A stretch of DNA of 64,000 nucleotides from Octopus sinensis. Its lineage: Eukaryota. The number at the start of each line of letters is the position of its first letter. Position 1 is the stretch's first letter. Below the pieces are notes generated by a model. The model was not told where the DNA came from. It ran no database searches and worked only from the letters and a program-made list of their open reading frames with translations. The stretch spans positions 67,146,001-67,210,000 of the forward strand of contig NC_043002.1 in the NCBI RefSeq assembly GCF_006345805.1. The letters run 5' to 3'. Below, in pieces: positions 62,366-64,000 of the stretch. Both the position numbers and the translations under genes were made by a program.

Positions 62366-63506
62366 ATAATATATATATTAATTATTCTAGAAGGGAAAAG
62401 AGAGAAAAACCTCAAGGTTCAGATTTCAATATCCGGCTATGAGTTTCGGAGGAACCCAAGCGATAATTTCGTTGTTTTTTAGTTAGTTATTTTTGTTGTC
62501 ATAACTACACAATTAGCGTAAAGCCCCACGATTTCTAAATCCACTCCAAAAGGACCGTTTCATATTCTAATGAACAATCTGTAATCTCAAAACTTCAAAG
62601 ATCCAAAGACTTCCTGATGAAAGAAAACATTTTAGAATTTAATAATTGACTACACGTGAAGCCGAAAGAAAACCAGCGGGTTCTCCGCGTGTTTCTAGTT
62701 GTGAAGTTTACAATGCATGAAAATAGCGATGGTGGTGTTGTTATTGTTGCTGTTACCAGTATGCCTATAAATAAAAACATGAATTATAGTGATGATAAAA
62801 ACGTCCCGGAATCGACAAATAAGGTCGTTAGGTCAACGTCATGCAGAGAGCGAAGCCTATCCCGCTACATGTAGTTAATTATGACTAAGAATTACAGCTT
62901 CAAAATCTTTTTTTCGAACGGAAATCAACACTGTCTTTCAAATGCGCTGCTTGCTGAGAATTTGATGTTTCTCTATGGATTGTAGTCTTATAAAGTTGAT
63001 TTATTATTTGTGCTGAGATGTCACTGGATCTTTATTCATAAGGTTTGCGCAAACCCTAGTCTTCGGATTCGTTTATGCTTACATTTAACAATAATTTTTG
63101 TTGATATCCCCTACTCATTTTCCAGGTCGTTATTCCAGGTAGAGCTAGGACTTGTAAGCTATAATCAGAATTTATAAATACCTGAATGTAATTAAAAAAA
63201 AACATAAATTAAAATAAAATACACTGGAAGCTGATCGCTGTAGTCTCAAATAGGCTCAAATATGTAGCTGTGAGGTTACTAGAAGAAAGATAATGTATGT
63301 GTATAAATATATAGAAGCATGACAACGTATAGAGGTTTTGTTCACAAACACACAAACATATACACATATTAGTTTACGAAACACACAAACATATACACAT
63401 GTTAGTTCACGGACAAAGACCAAAAACTCAACTGTGCAAATGTAAGGTACATATATACACCTTACAGACACATACAAACATATATACACTAATATGCATA
63501 TATGCA

Positions 63507-63549
<43 letters not shown>

Positions 63550-63818
63550 TTACCTACCTCTCTATCCTTCTGTCTGTTTGTCTATCTATACACACACACG
63601 CGCACGCGTACGTGCGCGCACACACATATTAATATGGTGGTTGAACATAGTATTTGTAAGTAAAACTGTAAACAGAAGGTTTACACATGAGAGAACTGCG
63701 AGAAAGATAACTAAATATAGAGGATGTAGAGAGGCGCAGAGGAAGAAACAATAAATATAAGGGGGAAAATATAGACAGATATTAACACAACGGGAGGAGG
63801 AGAGAAAGAAAGACGGAC

Positions 63819-63819
<1 letters not shown>

Positions 63820-63917
<98 letters not shown>

Positions 63918-63945
63918 GAGAAAGAGAGAAAGAGAGAGAGAGAAA
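63820..63945. repeat. (GATA)n(GACA)n(GA)n microsatellite
   Basis: Seen directly. Confidence 0.95.
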
Positions 63946-64000
63946 GGATGAGGAGACATAGTTAGGCAAAAGGAAAGAAAAGATAGTAGGTAGTTATTAT

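Noticed and set aside
63340-63415. ~33-bp tandem duplication
   Set aside because: Ordinary slippage within CA-rich low-complexity sequence.

Overview
This is an AT-rich, repeat-saturated eukaryotic window. The SINE types and dense (TA)n/(CA)n/(TACA)n/(TAA)n microsatellites resemble octopus/cephalopod DNA, but that assignment is inference. I can support no intact host protein-coding gene; nearly all ORFs in the track are microsatellite or SINE read-throughs. Content: (1) more than 50 copies of four short interspersed families (labelled A-D here), A-C with tRNA-like heads. (2) R4/Dong-like non-LTR retrotransposon pieces with RT, a CCHC finger and a restriction-like endonuclease (RLE), in two lineages: one embedded in (TAA)n and one in (TACA)n. 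(3) An RTE-like RT fragment, a decayed Ty3/Gypsy gag-pol, a mariner transposase pseudogene, and mariner and hAT MITEs with target-site duplications (TSDs). (4) One variant tRNA-Gln(CTG). (5) A 587-bp-period tandem duplication. (6) Several fold-back structures made of Penelope-like (PLE) element termini. The strongest second-look signals are a well-formed type I hammerhead ribozyme (HHR) fold at 39022-39113 linked to a 400-bp palindrome, a dispersed family of small hammerhead-like motifs, and the apparent (TACA)n target preference of one RLE-LINE lineage. Coordinates were counted by eye; SINE and fragment boundaries are approximate.
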